Shown here piece after piece: positions 7,707 to 15,356 of a stretch of DNA of 15,356 bases. The notes under the pieces were generated by a model. The model made no database searches and was not told the DNA's origin. It worked only from the letters and a program-made list of their open reading frames with translations. The first letter of the stretch is position 1, and every line of letters begins with the position of its first letter. This DNA is from Candidatus Eiseniibacteriota bacterium. GTDB taxonomy: Bacteria; Eisenbacteria; RBG-16-71-46; DASYSL01. A program made the translations under genes and the position numbers. The stretch is taken from assembly GCA_046598045.1 (NCBI GenBank), contig JBKJJJ010000082.1, forward strand, positions 1-15,356. Direction: 5' to 3'.

Positions 7707-7757
7707 GGGCCCGATGGGGCGACGCGCGCAGTTTGGGCCGCGTCGCCCTGTCGGCCC
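7707..7757. terminator. Strong hairpin between convergent genes (putative bidirectional terminator)
   Basis: GGGCCCGATGGGGCGACGCG (7707-7726) pairs with CGCGTCGCCCTGTCGGCCC (7739-7757), including G-U pairs. It fills the gap between the stops at 7702 and 7765. Confidence 0.6.
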
Positions 7758-7764
7758 ACCCGCA

Positions 7765-8622
7765 TCAGGGAAGTTCGGAGCTGGCCGTGACCCCTCGCAG
7801 CCCCACTTCGTGGAATTCGACACGAAGGTGGCCCGGGCAGGGCCGGCCAGGCTCGCTCGTGATCGGGATCAGTAACGTCCGCCGCGCGTTCGGGACGTAG
7901 ACCGCGATCCCCCGCAGGCTTCCGATCGCTCCGGCCGAACCCCCCGGCCCGGCACAGGTCACGGTGACGTCCCCGTGGATCGAGCGATTGCCCTCGCGCT
8001 CCAACTCGAATCGAACCGCACGCCCGCCCTCGTCCCCGGGGACGAGCGTGAGCCCCGTGATCGACGCCCGGGCAAACGTCGCGCCCTGCCGCACGATGAT
8101 TGGGATCGCAATGCCGTAGACCGGTCGCAATTCGACGGACACCCCCCGGCTCGACTCACCGGAATTCGCTCGCGCCGAGTCCGCGGATGGAATGATGCGC
8201 GCCACGAGGTGGGATCGGTATTCGCCCGGGGCGAGGCCGGCCGGCCGGTCGACGCGCAGGCGGACCGTTCGCGCCTCGCCCGGGTCGAGCTCGAGTTGAT
8301 GCGGGGAATAGCGCACGAGCCCGTCGGCGCAGTCCTGGCAGGAATCGCCGCGCGGCACTTCGTCGAGACCGCCGTCGGGCCGCATGCGCATCTGCACGAA
8401 CTCGATCCGGTAGATCGCCCGCGCGCTGCCGGTATTCGCGAGCCTGAGTTCCGCGCTGCGCTGCGCCCCCTCGATCACGAGCCGTGTGGGCGTGACCCGA
8501 AGCCCGCCGCCGACTCCCGAGACGACACCGCCTTGCCATGTCCCCGGAGAAGGCATGCCAGAAAAAGACGCCCCGGGCAGGACGAGCATGCCCGCGGCCA
8601 GGATTGCGGATCGGATGTCCAT
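7765..8622 (-). CDS. Fimbrial/pilus periplasmic chaperone (PapD-like N-domain), 285 aa
   Basis: Signal peptide; VTPTRLVI...LRLANTG...YRI; LVRYSP.QLELDPGEARTVRL...P..LAPGEYRSHL; IAIPIIVR; second domain with LEREGNRSIHG. SD AGGAGAGG. Confidence 0.87.
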   Translation of the reverse strand: MDIRSAILAAGMLVLPGASFSGMPSPGTWQGGVVSGVGGGLRVTPTRLVIEGAQRSAELRLANTGSARAIYRIEFVQMRMRPDGGLDEVPRGDSCQDCADGLVRYSPHQLELDPGEARTVRLRVDRPAGLAPGEYRSHLVARIIPSADSARANSGESSRGVSVELRPVYGIAIPIIVRQGATFARASITGLTLVPGDEGGRAVRFELEREGNRSIHGDVTVTCAGPGGSAGAIGSLRGIAVYVPNARRTLLIPITSEPGRPCPGHLRVEFHEVGLRGVTASSELP

Positions 8623-8631
8623 GACCTCTCC

Positions 8632-9153
8632 CTAGTTGTACGCGACCGTGACGTTGAACGAGCCCGCGTACAGACCCGTGCTCTGCAACGCGCCGACGTG
8701 AAGTGTGGCCCCGATCGAGAGCGCCTTGGTGCCGAGGATCCCGAGTTGACCCGAGCCGGAAGGCGAACTCGCGAAGGTGTCGACGGTCATGACGTGCGAC
8801 CCGGCGGCGAGCGTGGCCGACGGGGAGAGCGACACGCTGAACGTCGCGAGGGGGTCGCCGGAAACCGTGAACGTCGCCGCAGACACGAGCGCGCCCGAGC
8901 CAAGGGAGGCTCCGCCGCCGGCGGTCCGCGCCCCCGCGGGCGCGACCACGACCGTCCCGGAACTCGCTCCGGCTGCGACCTGACCGAAATTGAGATTCGT
9001 GAGCTTGACGATTGCGATCGGCAGGATCAGGGCGCGAAGGGAGTCGCCTGCGGCAAGGCGATCGACGGGCGGGAGCAAGACTTCGCCGCCGGAAGCGAGA
9101 CCCTGCCCGGAGAGCGCCAGCGCCCACAGGAGCATGATCCGGACCACGGGCAC
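8632..9153 (-). CDS. DUF4402-type pilin-like protein (probable minor subunit), ~173 aa
   Basis: Signal peptide; NLNFG motif; AATFTVSG; C-terminal IGATLHV...GLYAGSFNVTVAYN with penultimate Tyr; clear paralog of 11806-12318. Start uncertain (GTG 9153 or ATG 9135). Confidence 0.85.
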   Translation of the reverse strand: MPVVRIMLLWALALSGQGLASGGEVLLPPVDRLAAGDSLRALILPIAIVKLTNLNFGQVAAGASSGTVVVAPAGARTAGGGASLGSGALVSAATFTVSGDPLATFSVSLSPSATLAAGSHVMTVDTFASSPSGSGQLGILGTKALSIGATLHVGALQSTGLYAGSFNVTVAYN

Positions 9154-9165
9154 CTCGGGTGCGGG

Positions 9166-11799
9166 CTAGGGACCGCCATCGGACACGGAAGCCCGGACGG
9201 AGGCCCCGTCGAGAGTCACGAGGTCCACGCCCTCCATGAACTGGCCACCGGTCGCCAACGTCAACGCGCGTGCGGCTCCTCGAGCCGATTGCGCGCATCC
9301 CTCCTCCACGAGCGCGAACAGAAGGTACGCTCCTGGTGACACTCCCGCAAGCTCGTAGGAGCCGTCGAGTGCCGCATGCGCGCGCTGAACGATCCGACCG
9401 GTCGAAGCCTGGACCAACTCGACGGTGGCGGCCACAGGCTCGGGGCCGGCCGGCGTCCACCGGGTGACCTTGCCCATGATCTCACTCGAGACCGTGACGG
9501 GCAGCTCGACGCTCGCGGTGCGGCCGGCCCGGGGAAGGATCGCGATCTCGGGCGCAGGTGGCTCCCAGAGCGGATCGTCGAGCGACGCGGTCGTGAGCCG
9601 CAACGGCACGGACCGATTGGCCTCCAACCCCCGCACGACGGCGACTCCGTTGGAGTCGGCGCGCGCGGGCCGGCCTCCCGGAGACCGCACCTCGGCGCCC
9701 GGGATCACGGGCTCGGCAGGTCCGCGTTTTCCATCCCCGTCTTGGTCGAGAAACACCAGGACCGAGGCGGCACCGCTTCCGCCTGCATCCGCCGCGTCCA
9801 TGGACCAGGTCCCCGCGCGCGGCTCGCGCTGGAGTCCGACTCGAAGCCCGAGCGATACCTCCATGCCCCGGTTGCCCGTCCGCGCGGACTCGAGGCTCCA
9901 CGCGACGCGCCCGGTGCCCGGAGAGAGCCGCATGCGAAGCGTGGCCGTTCTCGTCGTGACCGGTCGCTCGAACGAGAAAACCGCCGTCGTCCCCCGCGGC
10001 CCACGAGTCTCCGCGGACACCTGCCAGGCGTCACCCTGGGGCTGGTACTCGAATTCGGCGCGAAGGCGCAGCCCCCGGACGGAACGCGCAACCAGGAAGC
10101 GACCCCGCGTTTCTGCCTCGGCGCTCGTTCCCCGGGCCCGAGTCCGCCGGAAGTCCCATCGATGGAAGAAGGACCACCCGCGCGCGCCGGCGCTGGTTTC
10201 CTGCGCGAAGGCGATGGTCTCCCCCGGCCCCTCCCGCGTTTCATAGCGCGCCTCGAACGCAAGCGGTACGCGCGTGCGCGCACCGAGGCGCAAGGTGCCA
10301 TCCGTCCGGAGCATGCTGCGCTGGCGCAGGAAACCGAGATCGCCCGGCACGAGTTCGCTGCGAAAGCGCTCCATGCGCGCGTGTTCGAGCCAGAGGGCGA
10401 CGGCGCCGAGGCGGGTTCCCGCACCCAGCTGGACCGCCGCGCCTCCGGCCGAATCGGTGACGGCATCGAACTTGGTGAACACGCGCGACCAGGCATGCCG
10501 GGCCCCCACCCCAAGGTAGAGCTGGCGATGCCCCTCGAGGCCGAGCGTCGACAGGCGAATCAGCGCGGACGTGGCGGGACCTGTGCTGCCGTTGAACTCC
10601 GCGAGTGCCCGGGTGGAGCCATCCCGTGGATCGCGCACGATCGCCGCGCGATACGACCGGGTCCCCGGCGGCGCGAGCGAGCGCCCGAGTTCCAGCTCCT
10701 GCGTCGCGGAATGCTCCTCGCCCTGTGGGCCGTGGAGCACGACGCGCAGGCTGTTCCTTCCGTAAGCGATCGGAACGTCGCGGAAATCGTAGACCCCGCG
10801 TGCGTCCGACTCCTGGTATCCGACGAGGGCGCCATTGCGATACAACTCGGCATCCCAGCCCGGCGGAAGGACCCCCCGCAGCGTGCGCCGTTCGAACTCC
10901 GAGGGCTCGGTGAGCGCGAAGCTGCTCACGATCACGCCCGGTGCGCTGACCGCCGGACTGATCAGGTCCAGTTCGGGGAGCGCGACGTCCCCGATGCCGA
11001 ACGAGCGTGCTCGCAGCGGGCCGAGCAATACGGGCTCGGGATCCTCCCTGCCCCCGAACGCCCGCACCGACGACAGGGGTTGCGCCCGCTCTCCGGACAA
11101 CCAGACGCGCCCGCCCAGCCCAAGCGCGTCTCCGCCGGCATCGAATGCGTAGTGCCAATCGCTCTCCCCCATGCCGGCCGGCCGCCGAACGATCGAGGCC
11201 GCGAGGTCCATGGCGTCCCACACCCACGTTCCGTAGGGCGTGCGCGCGGCGGGTCCGTCGAACGGCCTCTCCTCCCCGGCCTGCAGCATCGATGCGGCCA
11301 CGCGGGCCCGTCGCTCGGCGCGCTGCATCATGGGAAGCGGTTCGCGCGGGAAGACGAGGAGGGCCGCATTCGGGAGGTCGACCCGGAGATCGAGGGGGAG
11401 CCAGCGCTCCAGCAGGTCCATTCGAACGTAGAGGTCATCCGGCTGCAGCTCGACGCCGTCGGTCGGCAGGACCTCCGGACGACCGCCGATCTCGATGCGA
11501 CCGCGTGCCGCATCGAGGTCGAAGCTCCGCTTCTGCGTGAGGAGGAACCCACGGGCGCGCCCGGACGCAGGGTCGACGGTGATCCCGAGCTCGAGCGCGG
11601 CGGCGAGCGCTCCCAGAGGCAGGAGGGGGCCCCGGGGGGTGGGGTAGGTCAGCAAAGGCACATCGAACTCGGCCCCGTCCATCCGGATCGCCAGCAGGTT
11701 CGCCGTCGAGTCCGGGCGCACGACACGCACGATGGCCGCGTCGGCGCCCCCGGCGACCCCGATCCCGAGCAACAATGCGATGCACCCAAGGCGAAGCAC
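9166..11799 (-). CDS. Usher-like outer-membrane pilus assembly protein with C-terminal SdrD-B/carboxypeptidase-regulatory-like domains, 877 aa
   Basis: Signal peptide; usher plug-like segment LRGVLPPGWDAELYRNGALVG....GVYDFRDVPIAYGRNSLRVVLHGPQGE; many amphipathic beta strands; VFLDQDGDGKR...EP.IPGAEV; ALDGSYELAGVSPGAY; lies between two pilins and a chaperone. Confidence 0.8.
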   Translation of the reverse strand: MLRLGCIALLLGIGVAGGADAAIVRVVRPDSTANLLAIRMDGAEFDVPLLTYPTPRGPLLPLGALAAALELGITVDPASGRARGFLLTQKRSFDLDAARGRIEIGGRPEVLPTDGVELQPDDLYVRMDLLERWLPLDLRVDLPNAALLVFPREPLPMMQRAERRARVAASMLQAGEERPFDGPAARTPYGTWVWDAMDLAASIVRRPAGMGESDWHYAFDAGGDALGLGGRVWLSGERAQPLSSVRAFGGREDPEPVLLGPLRARSFGIGDVALPELDLISPAVSAPGVIVSSFALTEPSEFERRTLRGVLPPGWDAELYRNGALVGYQESDARGVYDFRDVPIAYGRNSLRVVLHGPQGEEHSATQELELGRSLAPPGTRSYRAAIVRDPRDGSTRALAEFNGSTGPATSALIRLSTLGLEGHRQLYLGVGARHAWSRVFTKFDAVTDSAGGAAVQLGAGTRLGAVALWLEHARMERFRSELVPGDLGFLRQRSMLRTDGTLRLGARTRVPLAFEARYETREGPGETIAFAQETSAGARGWSFFHRWDFRRTRARGTSAEAETRGRFLVARSVRGLRLRAEFEYQPQGDAWQVSAETRGPRGTTAVFSFERPVTTRTATLRMRLSPGTGRVAWSLESARTGNRGMEVSLGLRVGLQREPRAGTWSMDAADAGGSGAASVLVFLDQDGDGKRGPAEPVIPGAEVRSPGGRPARADSNGVAVVRGLEANRSVPLRLTTASLDDPLWEPPAPEIAILPRAGRTASVELPVTVSSEIMGKVTRWTPAGPEPVAATVELVQASTGRIVQRAHAALDGSYELAGVSPGAYLLFALVEEGCAQSARGAARALTLATGGQFMEGVDLVTLDGASVRASVSDGGP

Positions 11800-11805
11800 G
11801 TTCGT

Positions 11806-12318
11806 CTAGTTGTATGCAACCGTGACGTTGAAGGAACCGGCGTAGAGCCCGGTCGCCTGGCTTGCGCCGACGTTGAGCGTCCCACCGACATTGAGTGTCT
11901 GGGATCCGCCCGCGCTGAGCGTACCCGTCCCGCTCGGGCTGCTGGTGAACGTGTCGACCGTCATCGTGTTGCTCACCGCGAAGGTCAGCGTCGAAGAGGA
12001 CGGCAGCGTGATGCTGTAGGTGGCGCTTGGCTGGCCCAGGACAGTGAAGGATGCCGCCGAGGCCCCGAGACCGGACCCGAGCGTCGTTCCCCCGGTCGCG
12101 CTGCGTACTCCGGCCGGAGTCATGACGATCGTGCCCGGCGTGCCCCCGGGAACGGCCGCGGCGTAGTTGAGGTCGCTGGTCTTGACGAGAGTGATCGCGC
12201 TGATCACCGTTGCGCTGGCATTGGCGGACGTCGTGGCCGATCCGAACTGCGCGTGGGCCGGCCCCGCGGCGAAGATCCCCAACCCCAGGATCGACGCGGC
12301 CATCGTGAATCCCTTCAT
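11806..12318 (-). CDS. DUF4402-type pilin-like protein (probable major subunit), 170 aa
   Basis: Strong SD AAGGAGG before ATG 12318; signal peptide ending AHA; N-terminal extension SATTSANASATVISAI; DLNY; AASFTV.G; ends VGGTLNV...GLYAGSFNVTVAYN; Ser/Thr/Gly/Ala-rich; no Cys. Confidence 0.88.
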   Translation of the reverse strand: MKGFTMAASILGLGIFAAGPAHAQFGSATTSANASATVISAITLVKTSDLNYAAAVPGGTPGTIVMTPAGVRSATGGTTLGSGLGASAASFTVLGQPSATYSITLPSSSTLTFAVSNTMTVDTFTSSPSGTGTLSAGGSQTLNVGGTLNVGASQATGLYAGSFNVTVAYN

Positions 12319-12476
12319 GAGCCCCTCCTTCTGCCGGCCCCTGGGCCGGCGTGGTGACGGTGGAACCGACACGACCAAGCGCGGGCACGTTGCCGACGCT
12401 GATCGGATCCCACCGCGCCGGGTCACCGCGCTGCGCGCGGCGCCCTCGAGAGCCGTGTAACCCAGCCTCCCAACCC

Positions 12477-13649
12477 TCAGGCGGCCCAGCCCTCTTCCTT
12501 CGGTTTGAGCGTGAACGTGGGAGGCGCGGCGTTCGGGCCCGGGATCGCGGCACCCTCGGCATCCTGCGCGGCCACGCCGGCGGCACCCGCATCCTCCATC
12601 TTGATCTTGATGCGCAGGTTGTTCGCGCTGTCCGCCTGCTGCAGCGCCTCCTCGAGCGTGATCTTGCCCGTGCGATACAGCAGGTACAGCGCCTGGTCGA
12701 ACGACTGCGAGCCGTCGAGCACGTTGTGCTCGATCGCGCCCTTGAGCTCGGCGATCTCGCCCTTCGCGATCAGGTCCGCGATCCGCGGGGTGTTGAGCAT
12801 GATCTCGATCGCGGCGGCGCGCCCCGCGCCGCTCGCGAGCGGCACCAGGCGCTGCGACACGATGCCCCGCAGGTTGAGCGCGAGCTGCCCATACAACTGG
12901 GCATGCGTCTCGTGCGGGAAGAAGTTCATGACGCGCTCGACGGCCTGGTTCGCGTTGTTCGCGTGCAGCGTGCCGAGCACGAGGTGCCCGGTCTCCGCAA
13001 AGTGGATCGCGGCCGAGACGGTCTCGAGGTCGCGCATCTCGCCGATCAGGATCACATCGGGCGCCTGCCTCAGCGCGCTCTTGAGCGCGGCCGCGAACGA
13101 GTCCGTGTCGACGCCGACCTCGCGCTGCGTGATCACGCAGCGCTTGTGCGGGTGCACGAACTCGATCGGGTCCTCGATCGTCAGGATGTGCCCGCGGGTG
13201 AGCGTATTGCGGTGGTCGAGCAGCGCGGCCAGGGTCGTCGACTTGCCCGAGCCGGTCGCCCCGGTGACCAGGATCAGCCCGCGCTTCTCGAGGATCAGCT
13301 GCTTGAGCGCCGGTGGCAGGCCGAGGTCGTCGGCCGACGGGAAGTCGATGCGGATCAGGCGCGCGACGAGCCCGACCTGCCCACGCTGGCGGAACACGTT
13401 CAGCCGGAAGCGCCCGACGCCGGCGACCAGTCGCGCGGAGTTGAACTCGTGCGCGCGATCGAACTCGGCGGTGTCCGCGGGGGTGAGCGCAGCGCGGATG
13501 ATCGCCTCGACCTCGTCGCCACCGAGCGCTTGCGCGGAGGCGGGCACGGTCGCACCGTCGACGCGAAACAGCGGCGGCGAATCGGCGGTCAGGTAGAGAT
13601 CCGACCCGCCGCGCTCCTTGAGCTGCCCGAGCAACTCGTCGAGCTGCAC
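12477..13649 (-). CDS. pilU: Type IV pilus retraction ATPase PilU, ~390 aa
   Basis: GSDLYL; Walker A GATGSGKSTT; Asp box TIEDPIE; Walker B LRQAPDVILIGEMRD; His box TGHLVLGTLHANNANQAVER (PilU-type); RIADLI instead of AIRNLIRE. GTG start 1 nt after the pilT stop. Confidence 0.92.
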   Translation of the reverse strand: MQLDELLGQLKERGGSDLYLTADSPPLFRVDGATVPASAQALGGDEVEAIIRAALTPADTAEFDRAHEFNSARLVAGVGRFRLNVFRQRGQVGLVARLIRIDFPSADDLGLPPALKQLILEKRGLILVTGATGSGKSTTLAALLDHRNTLTRGHILTIEDPIEFVHPHKRCVITQREVGVDTDSFAAALKSALRQAPDVILIGEMRDLETVSAAIHFAETGHLVLGTLHANNANQAVERVMNFFPHETHAQLYGQLALNLRGIVSQRLVPLASGAGRAAAIEIMLNTPRIADLIAKGEIAELKGAIEHNVLDGSQSFDQALYLLYRTGKITLEEALQQADSANNLRIKIKMEDAGAAGVAAQDAEGAAIPGPNAAPPTFTLKPKEEGWAA

Positions 13650-13650
13650 G

Positions 13651-14847
13651 TCAGCGCCCGAACAGGCCGGGCTTCTTCGCCGGCTCCATGCTGGGTGCGC
13701 TTCCGGGACGGGGCGGCGCGGGTCCCCCGCCGTGGCCCGTCGCGGACCCGGCGCCGACGCCGACTCCCATTCCCGGGGGCGAAACCAGGCCACCCTGCGC
13801 GCCCTCGAACAGCTTCGGGTTCGAGGACTTGCGCATCGCCTCCTCGCGCGCCAGGCGGCCCTGCATCACGAGGTCGCGCAGCGACTGATCGAGGCTCTGC
13901 ATGCCGTGCTGCGCCCCGGTCTGGATGATCGACAGGATCTGCGCGGTCTTGTCCTCGCGGATCATGTTGCGCAGCGCCGGGACGCCGACCAGCACCTCGA
14001 TCGCGGCCACCCGGCCCTTGCCGTCCTTCGAGGGCAACAGCGACTGCGCGACCACGCCCTCGAGCGACTCCGAAAGCATGGTGCGCACCTGTGCCTGCTG
14101 ATTCGCCGGGAAGATGTCGATCATGCGGTCGACGGTCTTCGCCGCCGAGTTGGTATGCAGGGTCGCGAGCACGAGGTGCCCCGTCTCCGCGGCGGAAATC
14201 GCGAGCGCGGTGGTCTCGAGGTCGCGCAGCTCGCCGACCAAAATCACGTCGGGATCCTCGCGCAGCGCGCCCCGCAGCGCGTTGATGAACGAGTCGGTGT
14301 GCGGACCGACCTCGCGCTGGTTGACCAGGCAATTCTTCGACGCGTGCACGAATTCGATCGGGTCTTCGATCGTGAGAATGTGGCCCTGCCGCGACTCGTT
14401 GATGTAATCCACCATCGCGGCGAGCGTGGTCGACTTGCCGGAGCCGGTCGGGCCGGTCACCACCACGAGCCCCTTCTCCTTGTTCGCGAGGTCCTTGAGC
14501 ACGTTCGGCATGCCGAGATCGGCGAGCGAGAGGATCTTGTTCGGGATCAGGCGAAACACCGCGCCCGGCCCGCGGTGCTGAATGAACAGGTTCGCCCGGA
14601 AGCGCGACACACCCGGGATCTCGAATGCGAAATCGAGGTCGCGCCGCTCCTCGAAGACCTTTTTCTGGGTGTCGCTCAGGATGTCGAACAGGACGCCGCG
14701 CGCCTCGTCGGACGACAGCGCGGGCACCTCGACCGGGGTCATTTTCCCGCGGATGCGCAGCAGCGGCGCGACCCCCGCGGAGACGTGCACGTCGGACGCG
14801 CCGGACTGCTTCGCGAACGTCAGGAGCCCGGTCAGGTCGAAGGCCAT
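13651..14847 (-). CDS. pilT: Type IV pilus retraction ATPase PilT, ~398 aa
   Basis: ASDVHV; Walker A GPTGSGKSTT; TIEDPIEFVH; LREDPDVILVGELRD; TGHLVLATLHTNSA; ALRNMIRE (AIRNLIRE motif); GMQ. ATG 14847 with AGGGG upstream. Confidence 0.96.
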   Translation of the reverse strand: MAFDLTGLLTFAKQSGASDVHVSAGVAPLLRIRGKMTPVEVPALSSDEARGVLFDILSDTQKKVFEERRDLDFAFEIPGVSRFRANLFIQHRGPGAVFRLIPNKILSLADLGMPNVLKDLANKEKGLVVVTGPTGSGKSTTLAAMVDYINESRQGHILTIEDPIEFVHASKNCLVNQREVGPHTDSFINALRGALREDPDVILVGELRDLETTALAISAAETGHLVLATLHTNSAAKTVDRMIDIFPANQQAQVRTMLSESLEGVVAQSLLPSKDGKGRVAAIEVLVGVPALRNMIREDKTAQILSIIQTGAQHGMQSLDQSLRDLVMQGRLAREEAMRKSSNPKLFEGAQGGLVSPPGMGVGVGAGSATGHGGGPAPPRPGSAPSMEPAKKPGLFGR

Positions 14848-14857
14848 GGCACGGCCC

Positions 14858-15356
14858 CTAGGTGAGCGCCCGGGCGGCTTCCAGCTCGCCCAGGCTCCCG
14901 TCGGCCACGCGGGCACGCGCGCGGTCCGTGAGCGTGCGGAATCCCGAGCGCACGGCGAGCTCGACCAGGCGCGTGCGTTCGGCGCCGGTGGCCAGCGCCT
15001 GGCGCAACGCATCGTTCGGCACGAAGACCTCGAACAGGTGCGGCCCGCCGGAGACGCGGCGCTGCTGCAGGACCGCGAGCAGCCGCCCGGCGAGCACGCC
15101 CCGCCCTTCGCGCGACGCCATGAGGTGCTCGAGCAGCGCGAACGTGTCGCACCAGTCGGTGCGCACCAGCAGCAGGCGCCGCGATCCGGCCGGAGAGAGC
15201 ACGGCGGGGGCGTGGTCGCCGGTCAGCACGTCGTCGAGCACGACCACGTCGGCGCGCTGCGCGGTGGTCACATCCTGCCACAGGGCGCGTGCCGATTCGG
15301 CGCTGCCATGGACGCGCGCGGCACGGCCGAGCGGGGCGGTCGGGCCCGGCTCGAAT
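14858..15356 (-). CDS. C-terminal part of a degenerate PilB/GspE-like ATPase (5' end outside window)
   Basis: Frame is open from 15355 to the stop at 14858: FEPGPTAPLGRAARV...WQDVTTAQRADVVVLDDV...LAGRLLAVLQQRRV...LFEVFVPNDALRQALATGA...LVELAVRSGFRTLTDRARARVADGSLGELEAARALT. By eye this is colinear with the PilB/GspE C-terminus (QDPDVIMVGE; xAQRLV; xFEVL; GMxTLxxxGxxxVxxGxTxxxEVxRV). Confidence 0.7.
   Translation of the reverse strand, partial: FEPGPTAPLGRAARVHGSAESARALWQDVTTAQRADVVVLDDVLTGDHAPAVLSPAGSRRLLLVRTDWCDTFALLEHLMASREGRGVLAGRLLAVLQQRRVSGGPHLFEVFVPNDALRQALATGAERTRLVELAVRSGFRTLTDRARARVADGSLGELEAARALT

Noticed and set aside
12319..12476. c-di-GMP riboswitch or sigma-28 promoter upstream of the pilin
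   Set aside because: The class I GGCAAAC/GNRA-receptor elements are not visible. TCCGATCA only loosely resembles a sigma-28 -10 and has no matching -35.
1..15356. CRISPR array, tRNA or rRNA genes
   Set aside because: No regularly spaced repeats or recognisable structural RNA genes were seen; intergenic gaps are short.

Overview
High-GC bacterial DNA, densely coding. The C-terminal FlgD-Ig/T9SS-like sorting domain together with a TonB-dependent receptor suggests a diderm FCB-related lineage such as Ca. Eisenbacteria (inference only). From left to right the window holds: (+) a stand-alone GT-D-fold (DUF1792-like) glycosyltransferase; (-) a ZnuD-like TonB-dependent receptor, preceded by an exported leader-like protein ending in a Pro-rich motif and a structured, pyrimidine-rich intergenic region; a ~470-bp scar zone with a truncated nucleotidyltransferase, its intact small partner gene and a truncated NTF2/DUF4440 gene; (+) a large secreted Asp-box beta-propeller protein with a FlgD-Ig tail; and one long co-oriented (-) block running degenerate PilB-like ATPase (partial), pilT, pilU, DUF4402 pilin, non-canonical usher-like protein, second DUF4402 pilin, PapD-like chaperone. 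The most interesting candidates are a possible nascent-peptide (ribosome-stalling) attenuator controlling the TonB receptor, a catalytically degenerate PilB paralog coupled to pilT/pilU, and a divergent Cys-free DUF4402 chaperone-usher pilus locus directly behind the type IV pilus retraction motors. All family assignments come from motif recognition by eye, not database searches.
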